From Octopus sinensis (Eukaryota), in the NCBI RefSeq assembly GCF_006345805.1, contig NC_043001.1:15314001-15378000 (forward strand): a DNA stretch of 64,000 nt. Reading direction: 5' to 3'. Shown piece after piece: positions 37,370 to 51,395 of this stretch. The notes beneath the pieces are model-generated. The model ran no database searches, was not told the DNA's origin, and saw only the letters and a program-made list of their open reading frames with translations. Position 1 is the first letter of the stretch. The number at the start of each line of letters is the position of its first letter. A program made the position numbers and the translations under genes.

Positions 37370-37720
37370 GAGGTATTGTTTTCAGTTGCGTTTGTTTGTT
37401 TGTTTGTCCGTGGACAAAATATCTCAAGAACCGTTAGATGGATTCAGATGAAACTTTAAGGGATGTTTGCCCTCATGACTGGCATGAGCTGATTAGATTT
37501 TGGGGATTTATCTGGTACTGGACAAGGATTCAGAATTATTTCTCCTGTTTTTTTTTTACTTAATTTTTGAGAGCGATCGGATTCATTTTTAGTATTCTTG
37601 TTTGTGAGAGCAGTCGAGTTTATTTCAGATATTCTCATTTTAAAAATCATCTCTGGCTAATCACTGAGAGGACATTGGTGTTGCCTTGTCAGAGGCCTGT
37701 GCTCTCTGAGTGCTCTTGTT
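37370..37720 (+). mobile_element. Helentron-associated (HINE/DINE-1-like) element, 5' degenerate
   Basis: gaggtattgttttc..(TTTG)n tract, 3' sub-TIR-like ccttgtcagagg and a short terminal hairpin gtgctctctgagtgc. Confidence 0.55.
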
Positions 37721-37795
37721 ATTCATATTATTATAGCTTTTTCTTAAATTTTGCTCCGTGACTTACTTCATGAAACTTCATTATAAACACATTAA

Positions 37796-38001
37796 CTCTT
37801 TTGAAACCAAACTGCCTCAGATTATCCCTAGTTCTAAAATACAAAATTCTTGTTTTGAACTGATTTAAATTAAAACTTACAATCAAAATTTCATGTTAAT
37901 TTAGGTTCCAAGGACAAAGTTTTGCTAAATTCTTCATTATTTTCAAAATTAATAGAAAGAAAAGGCAATGTATTTCAACAGAAAAAAAACGGAAACAAGG
38001 G
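37796..38001. mobile_element. piggyBac-type MITE (family D2), degenerate
   Basis: TTAA|CTCTTTTGAAACC...AACAAGGG|TTAA. Confidence 0.7.
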
Positions 38002-39693
38002 TTAAGCTTACCATAAGCATTTAACTTTTGTTAATATTTAGTAGAAATTATATATTAAAGTCTCCAGCTGTTTATACTTGTAATTAGTCACAACTAAGTA
38101 AGTGTGGTACAAATTGTAGTTGTAAAACAAAGAAATTGAACATGACAGATTTTAAATTATTAATAAAGGCTTAAAACGTTTGTAAAAAGAGCACATATTG
38201 TTTGTTGTAAGATTTGTAGGTGAAAACACAGGGAGGATGGCAGAGAGAAGAGAAAGAAAAAATAAATGTAAAAAAGGTTTTCAAAGGAAAAAAATGAGAA
38301 GAAACCTATACATTTATTAGAGTAGAGCAGACAAGTGGATCTCATTATTGGATAGATTCAGTTCACATCTGTAGCCAACTACATTCCCTGTTTTGTTTTT
38401 AGACACTTGAAATTACTATCCTAGATTTTAATGCCTCTATTGCAGTCATGGCTCTACCCCTACTTCATCAGTGAGGAGTAAACAATAGAAAGGCTGTCCA
38501 CCTGTAAAACAAATTAATCCAACAAATAGACCATGTCATTCATCTCTCATGTGTCATGGCCACAGGTGTTGGTAATCATGGACCTTCATGCTAAAGTCTA
38601 AAGATTCATGATTTTTCTTGAGAAAAATACAGCAGTGGTTTCCTGTTGCCTTAAGTTGGTTTTCTTACACTTCACTCTGTTAGTCTCCTGCCCATTCTTG
38701 AGGTTTAGGGCCTACTTAACCTGTAGATAGGGTTCATGTGACATCAGAGCATTTCTACACCCAGTGGGCCTGTGCAACATGTCTAGAGGCCAGCTCTCCT
38801 CCAAATCCTGTACAACGTAGCTTTAAAACCATCTGCCACTATTTGACCCATAACTGGAGGCTTTTGACAAGTGCTCCCATCCTGGGTCAAAATAAATGTG
38901 AAAATAGCAGTGACTAAGAGTAACTCCGTACTTCCCAAAACCCCTGAGCTCTTGAGATGGAACATCACTGCTGGATGCAGTTTAATGCCTTACCCAGGAC
39001 ACAATCGAATCAGTAACATATGAAGTTAAAAATCTATATCACATTCCGTATTGATACAGCATACACACAATGGAATGAGCTTTCTGAAGATTTTCAATGA
39101 ACTATGAACTTGGTATAGACATAGCTATGTGGTTAAGAAGTTTGCTTCCCAATCATGTGGTCTTGGGTTCAGCCCCATTGCACAGCACTTTGGACAAATG
39201 TCTTCTACTAAAACTCCAGGCCATCTAAAGTCTTGTGAGTGGATGTAGTAGATGGAAACCCCACCCAAAAAACCTGTCACGTGTGTGTGTGTGTGTGTAT
39301 ACTCTTACTCTTGTGCAGACAGAGCTCCATTGTCATACAAGTGAGGTTGTTGTTTCTAGTCTACAGTGAAAAACACGACTAAGAACAGAGAAATATTACT
39401 TTGCTTGGAAACAGGAAGGGTATTTTGCCATTGAAAATCTGCCTCAACAATTTCTGTCTGACCATGCAAACATGGAAAAGTTGAAACTAAATGATGATGA
39501 TGATGATGATTTGTTCTAAAGAGTTGAATTACGTTTCTTTGTGTAATCTCTTAAAATATTTTGATAAATTTTGATATTCCATGTTATTTATACCTTTAAA
39601 AATACTCATGTTATCTTATCTTTATATGGACACATTACCTTTCGTTGTGTTTTCAAAGCAGCACTAATATATCAATAATTTTTTTTAAATAAT

Positions 39694-40091
39694 TACTCTT
39701 TCACCCGCTTCGGTCATTTGACTGCGGCCATGCTGGAGCACCGCCTTTAGTCGAGCAAATCGACCCCGGGACTTATTCTTTGTAAGCCCAGTATTTATTC
39801 TATCGGTCTCTTTTGCCGAACTGCTAGGTGACGGGGACATAAACACACCAGCATCAGTTGTCAAGCAATGCCAGGGGGACAAACACAGACACACAAACAC
39901 ACACATACATATATATATATATATACATATATACGATGGGCTTCGTTCAGTTTCCGTCTACCAAATCCACTCACAAGGCATTGGTTGGCCCGGGGCTATA
40001 GCAGAAGACACTTGCCCAAGATGCCACGCAGTGGGACTGAACCCGGAACCATGTGGTTGGTTAGCAAGCTACTTACCACACAGCCACTCCT
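39694..40091 (-). mobile_element. Family A SINE, young
   Basis: Full-length CpG-rich copy. Confidence 0.9.
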
Positions 40092-41256
40092 GTTTAACAA
40101 AATTAGTCAAAATACACAATTACAAATACAACATTTTTTAAAATAATAATTTTAATTCTAAGGCAGTGAGATGGCTGAATCATTAGCATGCTGGGGAAAG
40201 TGCTTAGCAGCATTTCGTTCATCTTTATAGTCTGAGTTCGTATTCTGCATAGGTCTACTCTGCTTTTCATCCTTTTGGGGTTAAGTCCTAGTCAAGCACT
40301 GAGGTTGATAAAATAAGGATTCATCAAGCACTGGGGTTGATGTAATCAACTTACACCCTCCCCTACAATTACTGGTTTTGTGACAAGATTTGAAACCAAC
40401 AGTTTTAGTTGTAAATATTGTAGTTAGAAATAAAGTAAAAAATGGATTAATTTGTCTATCAGAATCATATTAGTTGCATTATGTGCATCAACATAAAGAG
40501 ATGAATAAAAGTACATTTTATTTGCACCTTCTTGTTTCCTTTTGTATGTGATCTGAGTGGTGTTGCACTTTTTACTGAGATGATAAGGAGTAAAATTAAA
40601 CCCAAGTCATTGTCCTACAAGAGCTTTCAAATCCAGGTGACAGCTTTCTGACGTCAGTCACTAAGAAACCTGATAATATCAACACGTTTCTTTAGACAAC
40701 AATAAGTAGCTGTCTAATTTCTGTACCCTGTTTCAAGTTAAACTTCATAGGACAAAAGCTGCATTTCAAATTTGTCTAATAATGGTTTAAAGATAAAAAT
40801 ACAAGTTTGTTGTGATAACCACAAGAAAATCACACAAAGAAATGGTATACAAATAGTAACATAGATATAATTACACTAATTATTATTATACCATTGATAA
40901 TAGTTTCTAGAATTTAATTGTTATTTGTCAGGTGTGTTCAAGTGGAAAGATATAACTAAATATATTTTTTATAAAGCAGAAATATTTAATTTGGTGTAAA
41001 TGTAGTGAGATTAAGGTACTGCACTACTAATTACATGGTCTTATAACCTTACTAGTCGTTGCATTGTAATATCCAGTCGGTACTAATCAAACTTATGAGC
41101 AAATGTATTCCATATATAGCAATCCTGATTCTATATATTTAAAACAATACTGTGTAATGTGTCCTTCCTTTTTTTAAGACTGTGATTTGGTTGTTATTTC
41201 TAGTGAGCTGAATGACTGCTCAGAGGTTCTCCCATTGCTTGCATTCTTCAGTGTTG

Positions 41257-41657
41257 TTACTCTTTACTCTTTTACTTGTTTCAGTCATTTGACTGCGGCC
41301 ATGCTAGAGCACCGCCTTTAGTCGAGCAACTCGACCCTGGGACTTATTCTTTTGTAAGCCCAGTACTTATTCTATCGGTCTCTTTTGCCGAACCGCTAAG
41401 TAACAGGGACATAAACACACCAGCATCGGCTGTCAAGCAATGCTAGGTGGACAAACACAGACACACAAACATACACACGCATACATATATATACGACGGG
41501 CTTCTTTCAGTTTCCGTCTACCAAATCCACTCACAAGGCTTTGGTTGGCCCGAGGCTATAGGTGAAGACACTTGCCCAAGGTGCCACGCAGTGGGACTGA
41601 ACCCAGAACCATGTGGTTCGTAAACAAGCTACTTACCACACAGCCACGCCTGCGCCT
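41257..41657 (-). mobile_element. Family A SINE, young
   Basis: Full-length copy. Confidence 0.9.
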
Positions 41658-42112
41658 ATTCTTTTGAATAACTTACGTAACACAGCTTTTCTTAGTTTGT
41701 CTAACTGATTAAATGAGTCTCTACTGTTATTTGATGTGTGAGTGGTTTGCAGTAAGAAAGGGCATCGAGATGTAAAATTCATCTTTGCCAACAATTTTTT
41801 TTATTTTGTTGAGGTTTCCTTCTACTTTTCACACATGGGTAAATAAAAATAGATAAAATAAAAAGAATCTTGATACATTCAGTTTTACATTAAATTTTTA
41901 AAGCCTGAGTGAATTCACATTTTCTAATTGTTTTCTAATTGTTAGATAAGATCTCAAAGAAACTGATCGTCTAGCATGAACAAGGGAACTTGAGTCACTG
42001 AATGAACTAAAACAGGTAACTCAACCTGTTAGAAATAGCAGCCAAATCTCCTTCAAAAGGGATCCTACCATCTTATAAATAGAGGAGCATAATGAGTGAT
42101 GTAGTCAGAGAT

Positions 42113-42262
42113 TTATTATTTTATTATTGTTCGACCAGGGTCGAGACAATGGAATTTACTATGCTACGCCAGACATCACGGTCCATCATAGCATTACGGA
42201 GGTCCTGTTGCTGGATGCCTGTATCCCTGGAGATTACATCAGGGTAGGAGAGTGAAATACAC
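42113..42262 (-). mobile_element. Short 3' fragment of a second RTE-group LINE with (TAA)n tail
   Basis: SYPDVISRDTGIQQQDLRNAMMDRDVWRSIVNSIVSTLVEQ* (stop 42124-42126), followed by TAATAAAATAATAA. Confidence 0.7.
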
Positions 42263-42304
42263 GCTATTTAAATAAAAGACAGGATGGTTATGACAGAAAT
42301 AGAA

Positions 42305-42725
42305 GGCGGCGAGCTGGCAGAATTGTTAGCATGCCGGGCGAAATGCTTAGTGGTATTTCGTCTGCCGCTACATTCTGAGTTCAAATTCCGCCGTGGTTGA
42401 CTTTGCCTTTCATCTTTTCGGGGTCAATAAATTAAGTACCAGTTATGCACTGGGGTCGATATAATCGACTTAATCCCTTTATCTGTCCTTGTTTGTCTCC
42501 TCTATGTTTAGTTAGCCCCTTGTGGGTAATAAAGAAATAGGTATTTTGTCTGCTGTTACATTCTGAGTTCAAATTCCGCCGAGGTCAACTTTGCCTTTCA
42601 TCCTTTCGGGGGCGATAAATTAAGTACCAGTTACGCACTGGGGTCGATGTAATCAACTTAATCCCTTTGTCTGTCCTTGTTTGTCCCCTCTATGTTTAGC
42701 CCCTTGTGGGCAATAAAGAAATAAG
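42305..42725 (+). mobile_element. Family C SINE plus a tandem 5'-truncated second copy
   Basis: Head GGCGGCGAGCTGGCAGAA.., B box GAGTTCAAATTCC, Deu/Nin-like block; body repeated from 42541. Confidence 0.88.
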
Positions 42726-42919
42726 AAATGTCTGTGATCATAGGTCTGCTTGACCAGGAATTATTTGGTGCTAAACAACAACTAGTGCAATTTTCCTAAA
42801 GCAAATACTGCATCTTAAATAATAATTTTCCTTGTTCTTTAGCTCAGGTCCAACCTAAATCAAGCAGAATAAAATCAAAGGCATTCCCAACTTGACCACC
42901 TCCCATCTTCAACACATCT

Positions 42920-43395
42920 ATCATCATCATCATCATCGTTTAGCGTCCGCTTTCCATGCTGGCATGGGTTGGACGGTTCAACTGGGGTCTGGGAAGCCAG
43001 AAGGCTGCACCAGGCCCAGTCTGATCTGACAATGGCTGGATGCCCTTCCTAACGCCAACCACTCCATGAGTGTAGTGGGTGCTTTTTACGTGCCACCGGC
43101 ACAAGTGCCAGACGAGGCTGGCAAGCGGCCACGATCGGATGGTGCTTTTTACATGCCACCGGCACGGAGGCGGTCGGGGCGGCGCTGGCAATGGCCACGT
43201 TCGGATGGTTCTCTTATGTGCCACCAGCACTGGTATCACAGCTATGATTTCCATTGATGTTGATCGATTTTGATTTTGATTTTGTTTTTCACTTGCCTCA
43301 ACAGGTCTTCACTACAAGTAGAGTTTTGTGTCCTAAGAAGGAAAGGTATGCATAAAGTGGACTGAGGCCACGGGTTATGGCCTCACTTGTCTTAG
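42920..43395 (-). mobile_element. RTE LINE 3' end (entire 3' UTR up to the ORF stop)
   Basis: Homologous to 17840-18443, including tcacttgtc (DK*). Confidence 0.88.
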
Positions 43396-44424
43396 CTTAT
43401 ATTTTTAATATAGTTTCCCTTGGTTAGGATAGCACGGCTTTCATGCTGACATATTTTGCTAGTATTTTTAGAAGATCAAGTGACCACATAGCTCATAAAT
43501 AATTTTAGTATTATGTACTACTAGCAAAATAAAACATAATTAATGATGGCATGTGTATGAAAAGAAGCGGAAGAGCGGCAGTATTTAACTGCTTATATCA
43601 GCTCAATAGAACACAGAATCTCTTGCCATCTTTAAACTTACGCTTGCACATTTACAAATATTGTCAGACATATGTTCACATTAACTATACTCTATTCTCA
43701 CCTTAGTCATTTCAAATTTCACAACAGTAAAACCCTTATCTCGTTCATTCTTATCTATTCAACACATTGTTGTATTTGTCATTTTAACAGTCTGTGCTCT
43801 GTGCTGCTATTTCTAGTCCCGGTGACATAAGATTTGGAAAAGGACTTCTTACTTCTTAGAAAATCAAAGTAGAAAATAATAAAGATGCAGGAATGGTTGC
43901 ATGGTTGAGAAGTTCACTTTGTAATCATATGGTCTTGAGTTCAGTCCCAAAGCACAGTACCTTGGGCAAGTGTCTACTGTAGCTCCAGGATGACCAATAC
44001 CTTGCAAGTGAATATACGGTCGATGGAAACTCTAGAAACTTGCCATGTATGTGTATCTGAGCTTGCTCCCTCATTATTTGGCAATCGGTGTTGGTTTGTT
44101 TATGTTCCTGTAACTTAGCAGTTTGGCAAAAGAGATCAATCGAATAAGTGCAAGACTTAAAAATAAGTACTAGAGCCAATTTGTTTGACTAAATCCTTGA
44201 AGAGAATGCCCCCAGCATGGCCACCATCAAAAGACTGAAACAGGTAGAAGATACAAGATAAATAGCTAGAAGAGAGTAAAAATAATATAAAAAAACTTAT
44301 GGTTTTCTAGAAAGAAAATCTCAAGCCCATAGCCTGGTCAGGCCATACAAATTTTAAATAGTGAGAGATAAACAGAATAAAATTTTTTGAGGAGTACAGG
44401 TAATGAGAGGTGGTAGATATTGGA

Positions 44425-44887
44425 TGTAACGTGTTCGAATGTAACAATGTTACAATATAACGTGGAATGAATAGTATATAGAAATAAATGTCAGAAGGCA
44501 TGTTTGTTAAAAGAGCATAGTAATTTTATTTGGATTGTTGACAAGTGCTGAGCAAAGGGAGTGTATATGTGTAGGAGTCAGAGGGAAGCCTTGATACAAT
44601 TGCACAAGTAGGTTTAGAAGTTTGCGGTGCTAAGGATGTAAGAAAAACAAGCAGACAATAGCCGGTAGTACAAAGGCTGGTGTGAAATGTTAAGATCTGT
44701 CCGTGCTGTCAGTTGTGGAGATCTGTTTGCTGACGGTGGTGGCCTCAAGGTCTTCTACTGACTGACTGCAAAAAGGCGTGCTTCTGCTGCTTTTATAGGT
44801 ACACGACCAGCTCTGATTGGCTACAGTTGCCCAAGCACAACTGCGCCAATCCGCGACAACAAATTAAGGCTTCCTTGATTCACTACA
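44425..44887 (-). mobile_element. Probable solo LTR
   Basis: Minus strand TGTAG...TTACA ends, with CCAAT boxes, TATAAAA (44791-44797) and AATAAA (44525-44530) in promoter-to-polyA order. No TSD found. Confidence 0.55.
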
Positions 44888-45239
44888 GATGTTACCTGGT
44901 CTAGCATTATCAAAGGTGATTAGAAATGATATGTAAAGAAATGAGTACGCATAGTCTCAACATACTCATTGAGTGTACCACAAGTGAGTTTACTAAGATT
45001 ACCTTTGACAGAAATGTTTAAATGCAGTCTTACTTATACAAGAATCTACTACTTGGAGTAACTAGACCAATACTGTATATTCATGTTTCTTCTTACTAAT
45101 TATAAAGAACTTTTACCTTAAATCTTACACACAACATATTTAAAATCTCAGCTATTTCAACCAATATACTAACACAATTCTTTTTAATGGCTTAATCAGA
45201 GGAAGAAGGACATCACCTATGACCTTTTTGGGACTTCCA

Positions 45240-46080
45240 TCACTAGATTCAGCAAAGAGTTTAGCACAGAGGGTGTACATCACATAGTATACTAAGTTTC
45301 TTGCTGAACTCATTAACTCTCACCTTACTAATGGCATCTTTGCACATGGCTTGTATGGTTCTCACAAGCCATTCAGCTATCCTTAGTTATCTAAGTGACT
45401 ACCAAGTATAAAGTGTGGAACTATCGAATGATTTCTCCAAAATCAAAAGCTACATAGCATGCTTACTCCTAGCTAAGTATTTCTCCTGTAGCTATCTTTC
45501 TAGGAATACAACAATGGTGGTACCCTGTCCAGGTGTAAAGCTGAACTGGTTTCTGTCTAGGTTAATTCTTTTCCTAATTTCATTGATTGCCTCTTCCTCC
45601 CTCTCTCTCTCTCTAGAGTTTCCTTTGTCTTTGAGACAGTCAATGATTGACTATGCAAGTAAGTAGCACATGACCTGTATCACCAAGTAAACATCTCAAT
45701 GACTAACCATGATAGTCCAGCTGCCTTTCTTGTCTTCATATCCTTAATAGCACCTTCATCTATATGACTGTCAGCTTCAATGGTTGGTTCATCTATTGGA
45801 TCTACTTGGAGCAGGTCCTTTCTCTCTCATGCACTCTCCTCATTCAACAATCTCTCACAATACCATTTCCATACATTTTTTCTTTTCAGTGCAGTGAGGC
45901 CAAGTGCACTGCTACCATTTTGTACACACTTCTCCCCAATAACTCTGCCTAGTACACTGCCTTGCAATCTGGAACATCTCATGCATCTGATTTGCACACT
46001 GCAGAGCATCGCAGAACAAACCTGTTAACTTTGGCTTCTCCCCTTGCTAAGTATACCTGACATCTAGCTTCTCTTCCAGC
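45240..46080 (+). pseudogene. Highly degenerate CR1/L2-group LINE RT remnant
   Basis: Eroded motifs resembling QYGFR, DISKAFD and GVPQGSVLGPILFLIFIND in pyrimidine-rich sequence. Confidence 0.4.
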
Positions 46081-48904
46081 TACTTAATATTGTTGATAAT
46101 GGAAGTTTTTACCTCTGTTTTACTACACCAACACAAAGCTTTCTGTGAAAGCTATTGCTTTTACAGCTGGTTGTCTTCAACCACTGTCTACTCAAAGATA
46201 TATAAAGAATACAATAGAACCTGTTTGACAGACAGGCAAACTGATACACAAAGAATTATATATCTTGTACAAGAATGCAACACACATGGGAATTCTACAC
46301 TGTACTGAGGAGAGCTATCTACAATCATAGGACTAAGCACAACTTTAATTCATGAATATAAGAAATTAATTAGATTTTGTATTTAGAACATTGGTGGTTT
46401 GAAAAGAACTAATCTGTGCTAATTACTACAGTACTCATTAATTAATTGTGTGTAATTTTAATGCCATATAATACCAAAGCAAAACCATTGTAACTGCAAA
46501 ATATCTCAAGTAACCAGATGAAAATTGATTAAACATTATATTTGCCTATTCTGAACAATAATGGTAGGAGTGATATAACATTAAAAAACAAAACAATGAA
46601 AGATCTCTTAGATAATCTAGAAAATTATTTCGACTTCCATCAGCAGTTTATTACCCCTGGGAATGTTGCGCCTTTGTCAGCTTCATACAACACATAATGG
46701 GATAATGTGCCATCCAAAGATGACACATCAATCGCCAAATAGAAAAGAAATTAAAAATAAATGGTGAGTTAGACATTTATTTAAAGAAAGAACACACTAG
46801 TGATAGCATCCTTATTGTTTGATAAGATATTGTGGTCCCAATCAAAGAAAATATTTATTCCAATGTGCTGTTGAGATTTCATTTGATTTATCTCTCACTA
46901 TTGGCTGATAATAAAGTGGGTCTGAAGTGCCATACCAGACCTTTCTCTGTCAGCAAGTAAGATGCCTGTGGGTTTTACTTTTTATATTATCTTATAAGTG
47001 GAATTCATATAAAAATAAAACCTACATTCAACAAATCACAAATAAACATCTGTGAATAGTTTACCTTGTCTCCTAACAAATGTTTTTGTCATTTTGAAGT
47101 ATGCACATCTGCAAAATAAAAACTAGATGGCAAGCATAAGAAAAAATAATTTAATCCACCTCAGCTGACTAACCATACACAAAGAGAAAGACAAAGCTAA
47201 ATACTGGAAAACAAGGTTTTGGAGTTTTTTCTTTGCTTTTTTTCTATAGGCCCTAAAACTGTTGAAAATTATAAAGAAATACTTCATTAGAAAATGATAA
47301 ACATTTCTCAGTTGGGTGGTGTTAGAGATGTACTTTACAAGTAGAATTAGAGCATATCTGATAGTGTTCTGTATATTAACTATTTATTTAATGTCATATC
47401 TATTACAGTCTTTTTTTTTTGTAGATTTTTCATCAGTTTCTATCAATTTCTATCTTCAAGTATAATCCCGCCTTAATTGCTTGCTTTCAGACTTTTATAA
47501 TTTAGTGCTATAAAAAAAAAAAAATCTCACAATATGCTTGCATTTCTAAGGTGGTAGATGGCAGAATCAGTGGAGCAATGGATAAAATGCCTAGTGGCAT
47601 TAAGTTAATCCCACCAAACTCAAATTTATTAATTTCAGAAGGATGAAAGCAAATTACAGTTAGTTACTAGGAACAGGATATGGACATTTAAATTGACCTA
47701 ACATATGTAGACTAATTTAAAAATTATTATTATAACTATTACAGGTTATATTAGTTAGCAGGGCTATTGTCTTGAGGTTTGGTAACAAGTTTCCTCAAAT
47801 TTCAAGAATCATTCAAATGATTCTTGCAGAATATAGGATTGCTCTTTTCTACAGGTCAACAATGCAAGCCCCCAATCAATATACTCCAGCCTCTTAGTTA
47901 AAAGTCTGGATATCAGACTTAACTATGAGCTATTACAAGTTTCATGTGCCAGTAGTACAATCCTGTGTTTATTAAATGTGTATCTCTTGCTAAATGGAGC
48001 GCTTGTTTTGTTGATCCTACCAATAACAAAACAGTACACTAAGTGTGAGTGTGTGTGTGTGTTTGGTGTAAGGGTATGCATCCAGCCAAGGAAACCAGGA
48101 GCTTGGTACAGTTGTCAGGATTACCGGCTCTTTTCAAATTGTCCAACACAAACACCAGCATAGAAAACAGACATTAGATGATGCCCACACACACATTTTA
48201 TTTATGTCTTGTATCTTTGTTTATCAAAAGTCTTGCATGATTTTATTGTGACTTTCATAACTTTTGTGTTTTAATCCAAAATAGAGACAAATACCAATGT
48301 TTCCATGTGATAGGCTTGATAATTGTGGAGGTATTTCCTAACAGGAAACCAACGGTAGCCTTAATACACAAATGAAGAATCTTTATTCATCAACATGGTG
48401 TTGAGCACTCATTCTCATGGTTTGATATATACACACACACACGTCTGTATATATCATCATTTAACATCCATTGTCCATGCTGGCATAGATTAGATGGTTT
48501 GACCAGAGCTGGCAAGCTGGGGAGCTGCACCAGACTCCAGTCTGATTTGGTATGGTTTCTATGGCTGGATGCCCTTCCTAATGCCAACCACTTTACAGAG
48601 TGTACTGAGTGCTTTTACATGGCTCCAACATGAGTAGCATTATATTCTTTAATTGGCTGAAGTTGCAAAGTGACTCAAGGCTCAAGAGTTTCCTGCGTGG
48701 CACTGACCAAATCTGTACACACAAAATGTCTAAAATAAACATTAGGCAAATAGCCCTTCTGCCCATAAAGCTGTAGGATGCAATCTCCATGACAAACCAA
48801 CAAACTAGCATATCTATCATAAAGCCATTCACCCAACACATTACAAACTTATTCTTTCAAGTAGAAAGACATACTGGATAATATAGTCTTAAAGATACTA
48901 TTTC

Positions 48905-49440
48905 TATCATCATCATCATCATTTAACGCCCACTTTCCATGCTGGCATGGGTTGGACGGTTTGACTAAGGACTGGTGAGCCAGAGGCTGCACCAGGCTCA
49001 ATCTAGTCTGGCAAAGTTTCTACAGTTAGATGCCTTTCCTAACACCAACCACTCCAAGAGTGTAGTGGGTGCTTTTTACGTGCTACCGGCACAAGGGTCA
49101 GTCAGGCAGTTCTGGCAATGACCACGCTCATGCTCAAAAGGTGTTTTTATGTGCTACCTGCACGGGAGCCAGTCTGGCGGCATTGGCAATGAACACGCTC
49201 AAATGTTGTTTCCACATGCCACTGGCACATGTGCCAGTAAGGCGACACTGGCAACGATCATGCACAAATGGTGCTTTTCATGTGTCACTGGCACAGGAGC
49301 CAATCCGAGGCCCAGGCAACGATCATGCTCGGATGTGCTTTTAACATTCCACTGGCACAAGTGCCAATCAGGCAGTACTGTCATCGGCCACATCAGCGAT
49401 TTTGGTTTGTTTACACTTGCCTCAATAGGTCTTTGCAAGC
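48905..49440 (-). mobile_element. Family B (RTE 3' UTR) copy with about five modules
   Basis: (CAT)n tail and a repeated ggtgctttt..gtgcc..ggcac module. Confidence 0.85.
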
Positions 49441-49610
49441 AAAGTTCATTGTCCAATGAATGAGGGAACAACAATTATAGTAGCAGTGAATCAAAAACTT
49501 ACACATTTTAAGCTTTGCATTTATTAGTTCAAGACTGGAACAACACAAAAATTAATCTAGAAAATATGGGACTACCTGAATACAAACTACAGCTCAGATG
49601 CATTAAACCA

Positions 49611-50719
49611 TCGTTAAGACAAGTGTAGGACAAAAGCCCCATTGTTAAAGTGTGAAAGTGGACAAAAGCCCCATGGTTTTTTTTGTTATTTTTTTTACAC
49701 TTTTTTACTTGTTTCAGTTATTAAACACCAGAATTTTTTTTATTTTTACTTGTTGCAATTATTAGAATGCGGCCATGCTGGGGCACCAACTTGAAGAATT
49801 TTTAGCCACAGAAAAATCAGCATTTTAAAATTTAAATTTAGAGTCTTTTGCTTTCTTCTCTCAGCCCTTACAGATTAATGGGAATGAACTGACCTTTGGC
49901 ACTTTCTCTGGCCATTGAAGGTCTAACAGAATTATGGTACCAAAGGCTACTCAAACGTATTTCTTATCGTTTTTATGTTTCTACACATTTCTGGAAGTAA
50001 ATGCTTTTCCTTTTGTTAGAATTCAGACAATATGTACATTGATTAGTAAAGAGTCTTATATTCTGTTATTCTATTCTACTTATTTATTTTTGGTTGAATA
50101 TATTTTGTTTAAAAATTGGAATTTTGGAAAATAATTTTTTTTCTTTTTTACAACTGCGATTTCTGTTTTCGTTTATGTGAAATTATAAAAATAAATTTCT
50201 TAAAGATTTGGCTGTTATTTCTAGCATGTAGAAAGACCTAGGTTTAACTTCATGTGCAGGTTGAAAATCACCTAAAAAATGATTCTAGGGTTGACACATT
50301 CGACTAAAAATTCCTCAAGGTGGTCCCAGTATGGCTACAATCTAATGACTGAAACACATAAAAAGATTTTTAGAAAATAAATAAAAAATCAAAGAGTAAC
50401 CAAAAAATATAATATAATTTTCAAGAGATTTGGCTGTTATTTCTAACAATTGGAGAGACCTTCTAGGCTTAACTTCATGCACTGGTCTGGTTGAAAATCA
50501 GTTAAAAAAAAATTGTGGGGTTGATACATTCAACTAAAAATTCCTCTAGGTGGTGCTCCAGCATGGCCACAGTCTAATAACTGAAACAAGAAAAAAGAAA
50601 AAAAAAGCGAAAAAAATAACCAAAAAATATAACCATGGGCCTTTGTCCACTTTCACACTTTAATTATGGGGCTTTTGCCTGTGGGGCTTTTGTCCTAGGG
50701 GTCTTTTGTCCCAATTCCC
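49611..50719. mobile_element. MULE/foldback-like non-autonomous element with long imperfect TIRs
   Basis: Inverted arms built from GGACAAAAGCCCC subrepeats (49627-49680 vs 50630-50719); candidate 9-bp TSD ATTAAACCA / ATTAAAACA. Confidence 0.6.
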
Positions 50720-51395
50720 ATTAAAACACATAGATATGAAGCAATAGAATCCAAAGTAACTCCTGATAGTTTGTGTCTTAATACTTATAATAAATTTTAG
50801 TCTACAGTGATACTTGTTCAAACAAAAATTATTAAAACCTACTTTACCATCATTACCACTTTTTCCTCACTGCTTCTTTGATCTTCTTAGATTTTCTATA
50901 ATTTATATTTCATCAGACCCATCTTCAAATATCTCCCTAGTTATGTCTACTCGCTAAAAAACATGACATTTCAAACATGAACCAAGAGCAAGCTCAATAA
51001 TTAATTACAAATTAAGGTAATAGCCAAAATGATCTAAATAAATATTTGCCCTATCTGTAATGTGGACGAGATGTAAAACATGAAAGAAGTAATTATTTTA
51101 AAGATGGATAATCATTAACTGGATTCATCTTTTATCTCTTACTTGTTTCAGTCACTGGACTGTGGCCATGCTGGGGCACCAACTTGAAATACTATTTTTA
51201 AGTCTGGTGCTATTCTTTTGGTCTCTTTTGCAGAACCACTAAGTTACTGGTGACACAAATTAATCAACACCAGTTGTTAGGCAGTGGGGGAGGTCACAAA
51301 CAAATACATGTACACGCACAAGCTTCCACACATTTTCCAGCTATCAAATTCACAAGGTACTTGTCAACCCAGGGCTATAAAAGATTCTTGCCTAA

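Larger units (their letters stand above)
42010..42785 (+). mobile_element. Interspersed repeat family E (ending ..ctaaacaacaac) carrying nested insertions
   Basis: gttagaaatagcagccaaatctcc..cctaccatctt..gacaggatgg..tgatcataggtctgc..gctaaacaacaac. Related pieces at ~840-955, 28625-28790, 29420-29520, 41095-41225 and 59840-60030. Confidence 0.55.
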
